Below are positions 50,325 to 63,613 of a DNA stretch of 64,000 nucleotides, one piece after another. A model generated the notes under the pieces. That model had not been told where the DNA came from. It ran no database searches and saw nothing but the letters and a program-made list of their open reading frames with translations. How positions within the stretch are numbered: the stretch's first letter is position 1; the number at the start of each line of letters is the position of its first letter. This DNA comes from Marsupella aquatica. Taxonomy: Eukaryota; Plantae; Marchantiophyta. A program made the position numbers and the translations under genes. The stretch covers positions 19,727,292 to 19,791,291 of the forward strand of contig OZ316898.1 in the NCBI GenBank assembly GCA_973895155.1, given 5' to 3'.

Positions 50325-53306
50325 TGTGCAGTTCCCCTATCTCAAAGAGGGCCTTGTATTCAGGTTTTGATTATCTGTATTTACTTTTTTGCTTTTGCAT
50401 GGTCTTGTGTTCCAATACTTATTTTGTGTTTGATTACTGGTGTTCTTATATGATTCAGTAATAAATTTTGTACCTTTTGTGCCCAATGTAAAACACTTTA
50501 AGATCAAAACTCAAACACATCACCCGACATAGTTGAGTTCAAATGCGTCACTGGACCCAAAAGAAATCCATTTTTGAACACAACACCATGGCGATTGACT
50601 ATTCATCGCAACAAATTGACCTGGGTAATCCATATCAACAGTAAGATTTGTGGAAGATTAGGGAGAACCATAAGATCTTGCAAATGGGCACTTGAATCCA
50701 GTCAGGGTTATGAGAAATCAGACTATAAAATTGCAATAAAGCTACTCTTGGGGGCCTCCTGTTTGGAGTGAAGCAAGTTGAAGTTGGGGGTGCAAGTGGA
50801 AATGGGGATGGGGGCAGGATGAGTGTTGAAAATGGTGCAGAGATTGAATGTCCTCACCTCTATTTTCTCAAAGAAGGGGATTCGGGCTAAACCCTAAACC
50901 CTACATTTCCCCCTTTGAAGCAAACCAGCTTTTGAAGGGTAGAATACATTCGCCAAAGGAAAAGTGGCACCCAGTTCTGTCTCTTCACTGCTTCCACAAG
51001 AAAACTTCAGCATACTTCCAACCCAAATGCCGCAACTGGAACACCTCCTTTCATTATGAATTCCCCTGGCCGCAACTATTCAAATATCTTCTCAACCACA
51101 CCAGCAATAGAAAACTAGTAAAATATGTAGAAAATAATACTATGCATGCAATTATTGTAGGCACCAAACTACAAAAGTGTGGCAAAAGTAATCTCCCACC
51201 CCATTGCCAACTAGTTGGCACCAAACTACATTGTTTTCAAGATTGCCTTCACATCCACAGCCTGCTTGGGCAAATCTTGTATATGAATAACTATTTAGTT
51301 TTGCTAAATAACCATAGCCCTCGAAAGTCTGGAAGTCACTCTAAACTGTACTGGAGAGCAGTGAGTTGCAGTCTTGAGGCTTTACTCAACCAAAGCCCTG
51401 GAAAGTAACTTTGTATCACTCTTTGTAAGGAAGGAGTTCATGGGTTCTTTGGGTTGGGGCACTAAAACTTGACGTGCCAGCTGTAGACTGGACCGGTGGA
51501 AAGGTGAGAGAAGTTATGCGTTCTTGCTGTGGGCTTGTTACTTCTGTGCATTCCTTTTGGGATTGTCTCCTCCCTATTTCCTTGCAGGGACCTCCAAGAT
51601 TTTCTAGGTAGCTCAAGTGCTCGTCAATCATAACCGAAGGTGATCCCATCTTCTTGTACACACTTTTCGCCTGCTGTGAATTTCCAAATTGTTGCACTGT
51701 GATTTTATCTATCCCAATAGGTGGATGGATGTCTATATATTTGCTCCATCCACCTATTTGTTTGGTGGAAATTCTCTATGCTGGTCTACTATCTTTGGTG
51801 CATTCTTCTATGCTGGCTCTCAAATTATAGTAGACCAGCACCAAAGATGCAGACCACCTGAGGTTTAGGGGTCAGAACACAGGAAACACCCTCGGTATGA
51901 ACCTACAGCCCCGCTTGGTTGTGCTTCCAGAAGTAGTGCACCAGTCAAGGAAGCACGGCTGAAGAATAAGGGAAGCACCGCTGGCGTCTGAGTCCTTAAG
52001 GTAGTAACCCTTGAATCAAAGAATCACCCAGTTGATCTACATATTTTACACTATTGAGCCCAACTGGTCAGCAACAAATCAATTGTAAAGAGAAAGATTC
52101 CCGAAATTGCTCACAGTCATCATCACCACCCATGTTCTGAATTCACTCAGAAAACCTTATGTTTCAGACAGATCTGACAAGTAGATGAGGCGAGCCTGTT
52201 ACTCAGATCGTCACTTGCACGCAAACTTTTATATTCCAGCCTAAATAATTAAAACGAACTGCCACGAGATTCCAAACAAAGCATTCCTACAGATAGTTGC
52301 GCACTACCTCAAGAACTTCCGAACTCCATAACCTACAGAATTTCGCAGCACATAACATTCTGGTCAAGACACTAGCGAGCCATTGTTCGAATGAACTAAG
52401 ACACCCACTTCTGAATCTTGGCGCGACAACTGAACACCACATAAAATGTAAGACAAACCCATGTATCGCTACATCGCCAATACAGCTTCCACAACCATGA
52501 AACTCACATTTCCTTGTTTATCTTGACCAACGTAAGAAAAAGCAAATTACCACATCTGCGAAGATCTTCATAGAGCCTGAATCGGAACTAATTCTCAAAA
52601 AACAACCATGACCAACGTCATAGCTAGAATGGTCTACAACGAAACATACAGACTGCCAACGTCATAGCTAGAATGAGAGACCTCTGAACTGTCAGTCAGA
52701 CCTTCAAATATTTTTCAATATCAGAAGAAAGGAAAGATAATGGTACAAATGCATCTAGTGCACAATATGTTGAAGCCTACATTAGTCTTCAAAAAGAATG
52801 GACACCTTCAAATAGAAACCAAAGGCTTAGAAGAAGGCAGTTGAAAAGAGTATGTAGGATCTTGCAGGTGCTTGAGCTGATCAATATTTACAGAACTGTA
52901 TTACACCATGACTCTCCAGATGTGTATGACACGTATTCTTTGTAAAGAAGTTGATCGTCAGTGATGAGGCTTCCCAAGAAGATACCCAATACATGAAGCG
53001 GGCACCATTTTGTACATAGTCAGGAAGATTACAAGACGGCAGGATTGCTGTCACTGTAGAAAGAATACCAACTATAGGCCAATGCACCAGTCTTTGCTGG
53101 TCGTCTGATCTAACTTGGTGTCGGCCTGCTTGCACTCGTGTGATCTTGGGGCCTTCTGACATACAAAACTGCTGGCCCCTGCTTCGTTTGCATTCCAAAC
53201 CTGACCTTACACTTAAACCCATCGACTTATTACCCCCATCCCGTTTCTTCTGTAATGTGACAAAAAGAATTTCAATAAGAGGGTATGTTACAAGAGATTT
53301 GTTTCT

Positions 53307-53965
53307 TTAAAGCTTATCTAGCACTATGTCCTCCGGTTGTGGGTTATCATAGGGTGTGTACTTTCTAGCTGTCCCCTTACACAATTCCACCGGGTACTTC
53401 TTCGCGTTCTTTTTTAGCTTCCTAAGTGCTGCTTGACCCAAGTCAACCTCACACACGTCAGCAAGGCGCACTAGATAGAGCAAAACATCTGACAGCTCCT
53501 CCCCCAAATGTTCTTTCTCAGACGCGTTCCAGCCTGGCAATCCTCTTGGGACCTCGCCTTTCCATTGAAAGATTTCAGACAACTCACCAACCTCGCCAAC
53601 CTGTAGACGCAGGGCAGGCTGTTACTCACGAGAGTTGAACTATAGGAATTGCTCACCTCCAGTGTCTCCCTAAATTTTACACATTCATGATAGGCTCCCT
53701 TTAATGAAAAAGCTCAAGGAAATCCAGAATCTTAGTTTCATTATTTCTTTGCAGATGTAAATCGATTTGTAGCACAGATCAATTTCCTTAATCAAGACTG
53801 GTGTACTTACGAGGGCAAGAAGAACATTGCGCGGGCTATGGAACTGGTCCCAGTCTCTTTCTCGAGCAAAATCTGCCATTCTCCTTTGGAGGTCCTTGAT
53901 TGTCACTGATCCCATTGCTAATCCACCAAAGTTATCATTTTCCTTCTTGAGGATAGCTTCAGTTT
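53307..53965 (-). CDS. dCTP pyrophosphatase 1 / MazG-like domain; exons 53965-53811 and 53600-53307 (possible own ATGs at 53984 and 53915)
   Basis: FARERDWDQFHSPRNVLLAL|VGEVGELSEIFQWKGE...HLGEELSDVLLYLVRLADVCEVDLG...KLKKNAKKYP. Confidence 0.92.
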
Positions 53966-54912
53966 CTGCCACAAGTATACACATGTTATAAAAAAATTAA
54001 TCCTGGACTAGCGTCACAATACCCAGTAAGAAAGCTAGAATAGAAACTCATCAAGGCAACTAGCAAAGAGGCTGCCTCATCAAACATATTACGTGACAAA
54101 GACACAGACACGTCAGCCTGGAAAAATAAATATTCGACGTCCATTGCAAAGCAGAACAGCAAAATCTGTCGCCACACTTCTACTTTATGCCACACGTTTT
54201 CACGAGTTTGCTACGAGCCCTTAAATCGAAGGAAGGAAAGTTCCACAGAGTACCCCGACAGTCACCGCAGACAAGAGAAAACAGAGAAAACGGGAAGCAT
54301 TATGAGTTTGGCATAAACAAACAACAGGAAGATATTTGTCATGGTCTATATCTTGACATAGTATATACCCATATCTTATGTGATAAATGAGGTGAACGCT
54401 ACCATCGCGTAAGTTTAAGAAGTCTTAATGCATACTCGTTGAATATATAATCTGACATGAACGATCGACAATCGACAAATCTGGGAAGGTTCGGTGAGAA
54501 GTTGAGGCAGTTGATGACCCACAACTCCCAAACCAAATGGAAACGTAGGTGATGATTTGCTCTGAGACATAACATAATGGAATACTACCAGAAATGACTG
54601 TGCATTGACGGTAAGTGCGCTCACTTATCTCCACAGTCATTTCAGCCAACGTAATTTAAGAAAAGGGTTCTTCAAGTTTAGGTAGAATGAGTATTGAATT
54701 TCAACATCTGACTAGTTTCTTGGATAGAAAACTGGTGACATATTTTATATAATTCTCTGTCCGGCATTATAATATTATGTTACTTTATGTTTAGCTTTTC
54801 ATTTCTGTTTAGCAATCTGACCAAGATCCTAGAACTTGCACTCTGACTTGCAGAGAAAATTAACGATATGGACAAAGGGCATACAATTGTCACAGGTCAG
54901 TGCAATACTCAC

Positions 54913-55579
54913 TTGCCAGTGACGCTCGCGTGCGTTGAGGCGATGCCGCCACGATTGATAAATTAGGATGGTGCTCTTCGGGCTCACCCGAACCGTTCTC
55001 AGGCGAAGTCGCCACGAACTTGAAGGAGGACGCCAGCATCTCGTCCATGCGGGGAAAGAAAGGCCAGAGAGAGTTCACAGCGCCAGTAGCCGCCTGCCTC
55101 TGCTTCTCCACTTTGTACCGACGTTTGAGGTTCTCCATCTTCCACTTACATTGCTCGGCGGTTTTGGCCGATCTCGAACCCTCGCACTTCAAATTGACAT
55201 ACCTCGCTACATCCTCCCAATCATTGCTCCGCAAATTGCCCCTACTCAAACTCACATACTTCTCTTCGTACACCTCGAGAAGGTAATTCACAGCCGTCTC
55301 GCTCCAGTCCGTCGGATTCTCTTTCTTCCTCTCTTCTCCGCCCACTATCTCCCTCTTGGCCTTCTTTAGGCCCTTGGCCTCTACAGCCACCGGTGGCTGA
55401 TGCACGACTAGAGCTCCTGCTGCTACTAATCCTGCCCCCAGTTCTCCACCACCACCAACGTGCCCTTCCCCGTCCTCCGGACTGCCCCCCATCCCCCCCA
55501 CAGCGTTATATGCCGAAAGATGTTGCTGCTGAAGATGCGGGTGCTGATGATGGTGCTCCCCACCCCCTCCACTCGCCAT
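54913..55579 (-). CDS. Trihelix (Myb/SANT-like, SIP1/ASIL-type) DNA-binding exon; probably exon 1 of the dCTPase gene
   Basis: DWSETAVNYLLEVYEEKY...GNLRSNDWEDVA...KTAEQCKWKMENLKRRYKVEK...WPFFPRMD; strong donor GTGAGT at 54912. Confidence 0.85.
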
Positions 55580-55940
55580 TTGCTTCTTCCTCGCCACTGC
55601 TGCACTCTTTCCTCCTTCCCCCTCTCAGCTTTCGTTGCTTTTCCTCCCTTCCTCCTTGTCCTCTCCGGAGAACCTAACCAATATTACTCCTCCCAAAATC
55701 TCGTTCCTCTCCTAGCCTTCTTCTCCTCCTTTTGAGCTCTGAAGCCGTGGCCTCGACTTGCCTTTCTTGCCCTGCCTGCCAGCCTTCTCAATCCCCGTCC
55801 CCGCGCCACATCCCCGGACCGCGATGACCACCACCACTCCCACGAGAAACTCTCTCCTCGCCAGTCTTCCCCCTCAGCTTATCCTCCCTCCTTCTCGCAA
55901 ACCTAAACCAAAATAATCCACTTCCTCCCAGTAGAATCTC

Positions 55941-56715
55941 CTCCACTTCCGTCCTCCCTCGTTGCCTATCGTCGTCCCTGCATGCTCTACGCAATCAACA
56001 ACACCCGTCCCTGCGGCAAAATTTCATACATAGCCCCAAGTTGCCAAATAATTGCCCTCGCAACCGATCATCAATTGCTTGTCCGAGACGATGATACACA
56101 CCGCAACCACCGAAAACGCTCCTCTCGTCTGATTGGATCGACCTTTCGATCGACCCGCAACAGCCACGCTGCATGCACCCAAGGAGAGAGATGTCTCGAA
56201 ACGAGACTGCAAGCTACACGGCCACCGGATGGCTGTCGTCCATAGCAAGGAAACAAGCAAGCAAGCCAACAAACGGGAGAGAGGGACGAGATGGGCAGAA
56301 ATCAGAGCACAACACCGCAAAATCGAGGAAATCAGCGCCTCTCCGATGAAACTCGCTGAAATCAGAGAGGGGAGACGAGGTAATCAGAGAGGGCAGAGAG
56401 ACGACGAAGGTCGAGGCGATGGAGTTTTGGAGGTTGAGGCGATGGATGCCGAGGGATACAAAAGCCCGGAAGCGAGGCCGAAAAGAAAGGATGGTGGTGA
56501 TGGTGGAGAAGGAGAAGGAGGAGGACGAGGAGGAGCATCGACGAACGAGAGCGACGGTGGCAGACGGCACCGATGGACGGCATCGCGGAGGCTGTCGCGC
56601 GTCAGACGAGGCCCGACTGCCGCCAATCGCGCGCAGTCGCGTAGTCAGGACGGCAGGCGGACGGCGTGCGGACGGCGCGGGGCGGACCAGTTCGTTGGCG
56701 TACGTTGGTCGCTGC
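55941..56715 (-). repeat. 5' leader/promoter region of the trihelix gene, homologous in inverted orientation to 62765-63465
   Basis: Colinear matches such as ctgcggcaaaa, aaccgatcat.aattgct, aaacgctcct..cgtctg.ttggatcgacc, ggaggacgaggaggagcatcgacgaacgagagcgac. Confidence 0.88.
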
Positions 56716-56734
56716 GGATGGGGAGATCCAGACC

Positions 56735-57075
56735 ATTACAGTTTCCAGTTACTGTTTACAGTTGCCGTTTCTCCTTACAGTAGCTTTTCACGGTTTACAG
56801 TTGCAGTTCCTTTTCTCTGTACAGTAGCCTTTCACTGTTTACAGTTGCTGTTCCGTTTCTCCTTACAGTAGCTTTTCACTGTTTACAGGTGCGGTTCCGT
56901 TTCTCCTTACAGTAGCTTTTCACTGTTTACAGTTGCTGTTCCGTTTCTCGTTACAGTAGCTTTCACTGCTTACAGTTGCGGTTCCGTTTCTCCTTACAGT
57001 AGCTTTCACGGTATACAGTTGCTGTTCCCGTTTCTCTTTACAGCAGCTTTCACTGTTTACAGTTGCTGTTCCGTC
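56735..57075. repeat. Minisatellite of ~7-8 x ~44 bp
   Basis: ttacagtagcttttcactgtttacagttgctgttccgtttctcc repeated. Confidence 0.92.
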
Positions 57076-57339
57076 CTGTGCCTTTCCTGCTTTGGTGTAC
57101 CGGACTCAGTACTGTAGTTACTGTATTTTTCAGTTCACGTTGTATTGTTTTCGTTGAAGTTGCTTGAAGAGCCTTGACGTCAGCGAATTAGGGGAGGATA
57201 ACCATGCCTACTACCACATCACGTCAACATACTACTACAACAACAACAAAGAATTCAAACCGGGACCTCCACCAGCTCACCTGCCAAATCAATCTATCCC
57301 CCCTTTAAAAAACTTAACATTAAAAATGATTATTTTAAC

Positions 57340-58265
57340 TTTGACACCTCTTCAGCACAACAAAGGGTTTTATGCCCACTTATTTTAAATGAATTCTTGT
57401 ATTAATTTTTTTCCTTTTTGCACAGGAGTCCTACCAGACTTTCGAGTTTTCCACTGAGTATGGCTTTTTGTCTGCTCTTTTCCTTTGTGGGCTTTGTTGT
57501 GGTTGACTTTGTGGGCTTTGTTGAGTCTGACTTTGCTGTAGCTGGAATTTATGGGCTTGTAAGGCCTCTTTGGTCTTCTTGGGGCCTCCCCCCCCCCCCC
57601 TCCTCTTTTAATTGGGATTTTTTGCCATTGGGATCTTGTGTTGCCCAGGTTTGGCATTTTTGTCTTTGGCACTGTGATATGTGTAGTATGCAAATCGTAG
57701 GCAAGGAGATGTGCCACCTACTGTAGGTGTGGGCTTAGTTCTATTGCTCTCGTCTTGGGCATCTATTTCTTAGGTCTCAGGCACTTCCATAATTGCTTCC
57801 ATACTGACAACACGGTTACAACAATGACATGGATCCATTGACAGTGTTTCTGTAACAACACGTCTTTAGCACACCAATGTTTTGATATGCACTTGTTTTT
57901 CAGAATTTGTTTATTGTTTTTGTCCTTTTTATACAAGAGCTCTACCAGGCTTTTCAGTTTTCCGTGGAGTAAGGCTTTTGTCTTCTCTTCTCCTTTGTGG
58001 GCTTTCCTTTCTGACGTTTGTTGGCTAGGATTCATGGGCTTGTGGGGCCTCTTTGGTCTTCTTGGGCTCTTTCCCCTTTCCCTCGCCCCCCCCATCCCCT
58101 TTAATGGGTTTGTTGCTTTTGCAATCTTGTGTCTCCCAGGCTTAGCATTTATGTTCTTTGGCAGTGTGGTATGTATAAAGGTGTGGCTAGATGCAAATCG
58201 TAGGCAAGGCGGTGTCCCACCTGTTGTAGATGTGGGCTTGGTTCTATTGCTCTCATCTCGGGCAT
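57340..58265. repeat. Two diverged ~400-bp direct copies (~57340-57763 and ~57865-58265) of a dispersed repeat
   Basis: Shared ggcctctttggtcttcttggg, atgcaaatcgtaggcaagg, gttctattgctctc; resembles 11190-11760. Confidence 0.75.
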
Positions 58266-61200
58266 CTGTCTAGTGGTTGCAAGCCAAAAACTAGACCAGG
58301 GGTTTTCCTTGCGTACAAGCTAGCTAGTTGAGTAGCTTGCTCAACTATGGTTTCCCCTTTAGAAACACAAAAAGGCAATCCTGTATGCTAGCCTTGTCTA
58401 TTTTGTCAACATAACTTTTAAGGGTATATAATGCAGTAGTTGGATTGTTGGAACTGCTTGGATTGGATTGGCAAGCTTGCAGATGGATTGCCAAGGGTGT
58501 CCTAACACCTACATCTGGCTTTTGTTACCCTTGGTGTCATCTATTGGTCCATCACTAATTTTCTAGCACCAAAGCTGGAGTGTTTTTGCATACGGTCCTA
58601 GACATTTAAATATCATTATAGTATGTGATTCCGCCAAAATTCTCACATGATTTGTTTACAAAAATGTACCGGGGGCAGAGGGGGAGGAGCATACACGGCA
58701 TAGGATTTAAAACTTACTACTTTTTGTGTCTTGTTATGTTTGAAGGCATGCCATCCAACCACACAGACCCCCGCACACACCGCAAGGAGATCACTCCAAA
58801 TGGTTGCAGCCATCTCCCCGCCCACCTCATGAGCCGTCCCAGCCTGTGCACCACCCCATTTGGCCTCTCCCCTTCAGTAGTGACCTCCCTGACCAGCAGC
58901 CATGGGCACAAAAAGTGGATGCCCAAGAGCAAAGGGCACAACTGCTGGTCAGGGAGGCAAGGGGCACTTTACAAATGAGGCCCAACAGGTTCATTGAGAG
59001 GTTTTTACCAGGGCTGCAACAGAGCCCTCACTTTTTATGTTCCATTAGTGCTCCAGACCTGACCAAGGCAGAAAAATGAGTATAGTGCACTGCAGACTTT
59101 GTGTAAAGAGAACAGACGGGGCAGGCTACAAATGCAAGGGCAAGACAGCCACAACATTATCACACCTCCTTTGGTGCGATAGTCTTTCGCCCGGTTGAGA
59201 GCGCCAGGCCTGTTTAAAAGTACCCAAACCATGGGGCCATGCAGGTTCCGGCTTGCCTGACTCAAAACTTGTTGCAATAAGTTTCTAAAGCAAATGAAGC
59301 CCAGGCAGGTTGAATGAACGGTTGAGATACACTTTATGAAGTTCAAAATATAAGTAAAGTGTTGTACCCGTCTTGTAAAGTGCCCCTAAACATGGATGGG
59401 TGGGGCTTTAGTCCTTAGGCATTTCCATACTGACAACATAGTTGCAACAATGACATGGATCCATTGACAAGAATTTTGTAACAACACAACCACAACAAAT
59501 ACTTGCAACCCATGTCAACATCCGAGGATGTATAATCAGAAACGGTTGTAGCGAGGGTTGTAGACCTACAATGAACTTGCAGAGTGACTTCACCAGAGAT
59601 TTCAAAAAAAAGTTGAAGGAAAATGGCAGAAAGGCAAAAAGTTCATTAAAACACATCAATGAATTGATCTAAGAAACAAACTGGCTACCATTTGATCAAT
59701 GGAAGCCAGGGTCAGTTAGTGCTGGAAAACTATTCTGCAGAAATGTCTTTAAAGTGCAAAATGACCCACCATACATCCAAAGTTGTTGGGACGATGACTT
59801 ACAATTGCTTACAACTTAGTGCAACATTGTTGTGATCTGTCTAGTTAGTAGGGCAACACATCTTCAAACACATCTTCAAAGTCTGCTTCCCAATGAAATT
59901 CATTAGAAGGCAATCTTTGCCTTTCCCTATGTGTGTACGGTAGTTTTCTAGCACAAAATTGAAAAACACAAAATAAAGTTGAATGAAACTACTTCTATTG
60001 CTTTCTATCTCATGGCAATGCTGACTACATTAACCCAATTTTTAGTCTTCTTCTTCACTTTTTTAATATTTATTTGTTGGAAGAAGTCAACCATAGTTAC
60101 GGCCTTCTGTAGACATAAAAGCTCTTACTCTAAGACATTTTCTACAATTAGTTCATAGATCCCATCTCCCTCTAGCAATTCTTAAATTCAATGAGAGACA
60201 AGTCCTTGGGAATATTTTTTGAAGTGTTGTATCTGTTCAAAGTTATGTGTCTTGTTGCATTAGTCCTACGTGACCACCTATGATTATGTGAACAAAGCTG
60301 GTGGAATCATGGACAACTTGGAAGATGAAGGAGTTTGGATCTCTATCTTAGTGCTCATCCTTCCCCTAGAACTTAAAATAGCTTGTACCTTCATGAAAAT
60401 TGAAACTAATTGCCTAGATCAACTTCAATCTTGGATTCTTTCCATGTTGCGATTCCTATTTATCTCCTACTTGTTTTCAAATCATTGTCTAATTATGCAC
60501 CCCAACCGGAGCATTCCAATACATGAGCATCATTTCCGGTTTTTTTCTTCTTGCCTTGCATCAAACATGAATAGTTAAGTATTTGTTTTTTGTTGAAAAC
60601 ATTATTGTGAGTTCCTGATTGTGACTGAACCTGATGATGTGGCTCAACATGGTGCTAGAGATTTTGGAAGGAGCTTCCCATGGGGATCTGTAATTAATGC
60701 TGCACAATATGACAAATGACCAAATCATGGTGCTCCTGTAGCATCTGAGGTTGCTTACAGGCTACATCGAAGCCAATTCTTTACTAGCAATAGTTTTGGA
60801 AAAACATTCCATTGTTAACTGTTTTCCTTTTGTTTACCATTTATTTTCATTCTAAAAAGAATACATTTAGTATATTTAACGCAAGGAACTGCTAGTTTTG
60901 ACAAAATACTAGAAGATGAGAAAAATATTGTTTTTGGGAGACCAGACTCTTAGAAATAATCTCCAGAGGACATTTAATATACAATGAAAAACACACTTTC
61001 ATGCAAGTAGAAATAATTTAATCACATTCTGACTTTGGATTAAAAAAAGAGAAACCTTCCATGACTTCCATTAGCAAGCTATGCAACTGGCTTGCAGATG
61101 GAGGAACCCCTAACTTTGTATTTGTGTATTTTTTCATATAAATAATTTCCCAATACATTTTGGAGTACACCCATGGACATCCCATTTAGAAATAAAACTC

Positions 61201-62764
61201 ATTGCCACACTAGAGTTCTGGAATGAAGTTGTCAGATAGGGGATTGAATTTAAGATTTACTGGTCACAAGTCACCTCATGTCTGACCACCAGGCCCACTC
61301 AAGTATTGAAGTTTCATTGAACTATATAATTTTGATTGAAAGTCACTCTTCAAGGCCTATGTTTTAGATATTTGTGCCCAAACTGTGCACAAATGATATC
61401 AAGATAAATACCAGTCATGGGACCTCTATTTTTGTCCAGCAGGCTGCAGGTGATGTAGCACTCTCTATGTTGGGAGGTGCAGGCATTAAAACCCACCAGA
61501 GAGCTCTATGTTTTTTACACAAACCCCACCCAAAGTAGGGTTCAACCAAAGCCCTTCACACTTGGACAAAAAATAACAATAGCTTACTTTTTGCGGGCAG
61601 CAAATGGGCAAAAAAAAATCCAATGCCATAAATGACTTTTCAGGACACCTCCCTCATTGTTTAGATAGAAGTGTCTAAGGTTTGACTAGTGGTGCATTGT
61701 TGAAATTGAGGGTGCAAGTGGAAATTGGGGATTGGTGGAAGGGTTTAGGCCTCTAGGGCCAACTTGAGCATGAGCATTGAAATAATAGGCCTTTAAATAT
61801 TCAGGTGGCAACTTTGGACTGACTGAGTGTTTCGTGCCATTCCCCCCTCCAGAGCCAGTCCTGACGGCTACATTTGAGGAGTCTCAAGGGCAAGGGCCAA
61901 AAAGCTTCCAGCCCTTGCCTTCCGAACCCTTTGAAAGATAGAAAAGACAAGAAGGCAGGACTTGACTGCCCTGTAGAATTGAGTGTTAGCGTCACACTTA
62001 TTCACTTCCCTGATTATATGCAGATTTCAGATCTCATTTTTTCACTTCAAATTTGGTTCCATAACGGCCGATTTTTTGAGGACTCTTGCATATGCAAGAC
62101 CACCCTTAGGGCCAACTTGCATGTGAAGTGTCTTTAAAAAAGCCGCCCTTAACTCGAGTTGTGCAAGGATGTGAATGAATGAGACCAAGAATGAGATGTT
62201 TCTGGCAGTACCCCCTCATGCATCAGGCCTGACGACATAATTTGTGGGGTCCTAAGGGCAAGGACCAGAAAGTTTTCAGCCTTTGCAGGTCGTGATCTTG
62301 GCCTTGTGAAAAAACAAAAACAAAAAAAACTATACACTTGTTACAAACTCTCTCGTAGTTGGGAAGTACAAACTCTCTAGCTTGTAACCGTTTCAGATTG
62401 TCTGAACATAGGAGTGCGACATTTTCTCAAATGTATGAAGAGCAGAAAGGGCCGCCCTTAGTCCTTAGGGGGGAGGGGGGCGGGCGGGGGAGGGGGGCGG
62501 GCGGGGGAGGCGCCGGGGGTTGCTCATCCTCTCTGTTTCAGAGAATGGACACTCCTTTACCTTCAGTGCCATAGAAATACAAATGGAAATGTTGCCCACC
62601 TTAAATCACCACTAAGCATATAAAAGGGAGAAGTGTCCAAGAGTTTTTCCTTTTTCACATTCTTCTCCTCTACCCTTCTCCCTTGAGACTTTGCTCAACA
62701 ATAATTTCAGAAAAAACAAGTAAGTGTAACCATCATGGCTAGTTCACACCTTGGAGGTAACTGA

Positions 62765-63465
62765 GCAACGACCACGAACCTGCCCGCCCGACCGCGCACC
62801 GTCCTTCGACTGCGCGTGACTGGCGGCAGTCGGAGCCTGGTCTGACCCTCGTCAGCCTCCCCTCTGCCGTCCATCCTTGCCGTCCGCCATCGTCGCTCTC
62901 GTTCGTCGATGCTCCTCCTCGTCCTCCTCCTTCTCTTTCTCCTTCTTCACCATCACCACCGGCCATTATTCTTTTCTGCCCTCGCTTTTTGTGTCCCTCG
63001 ACATCCATCGCCTTCACCTCTTCTCTTTCCTCGACTTTCATCGAGGCGTGCCGATTTCCTGGATTCGGCGGTGCTGTGTGCTCCACTCCGCTCTGATTTC
63101 CGTCTCCCTGCGCTCCTTCCTTCCTTCCTTCCTTCCTTCCTCCTTTGTTTGCTTTCGTGCTATGGACGCCGGCCATCCGGTGGTCCTGTAGCTTGCAGTT
63201 CGTTTCGAGACACCTCTCTCCTCGGGTGGCTGCAGGGTCGAATGGTCGATCCAAGCAGACGGGAGGAGCGTTTGCGGGTCGTTGCTTTGGGTATCGTCGT
63301 CATGGAAGAGCAATTCATGATCGGTTTCGAGGGTAATTAAATTAGCAAGTTGGGGTGATGTGTACGAAGTTTTGCCGCAGAGACGGGGGTTATTGATAGA
63401 GTAGGGCATGCAGGTAGAGGGACTCGTAACGAGGGGAGGGACGAAGGAGAGACGGCGGAAGTGGA
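62765..63465 (+). repeat. 5' leader/promoter region of the filamin/RRM gene, inverted homolog of 55941-56715
   Basis: Reverse-complement alignment with 55941-56715. Confidence 0.88.
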
Positions 63466-63613
63466 TGTCAATTTGGGCCAGGAGTGGAGATTGGGCAGTT
63501 TGGGATCGCTGCATTTTTGGTTCTGCTTTCCAGGAGTATTCTGAGCTGAAAATGCTGTAGAAGGGGAAAGGCAGGGAGCGAGTGCTCGAGGCTGACGTAG
63601 AGGCACCGAAGAG

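Noticed and set aside
50848-51408. 186-aa ORF
   Set aside because: No recognisable features; surrounded by repeat-like sequence
56133-56783. 216-aa ORF and its counterpart at 62739-63254 (both starting MDRPFD) as paralogous genes
   Set aside because: Non-ATG or weak starts, frameshifts between copies, low complexity, and antisense to the leaders; the similarity comes from the DNA repeat
56735-57075. Second regular ~44-bp repeat as a CRISPR array
   Set aside because: No spacers; ordinary tandem repeat
58600-60600. Possible decayed transposase between the inverted leaders
   Set aside because: Heavily interrupted and no diagnostic motif recognised
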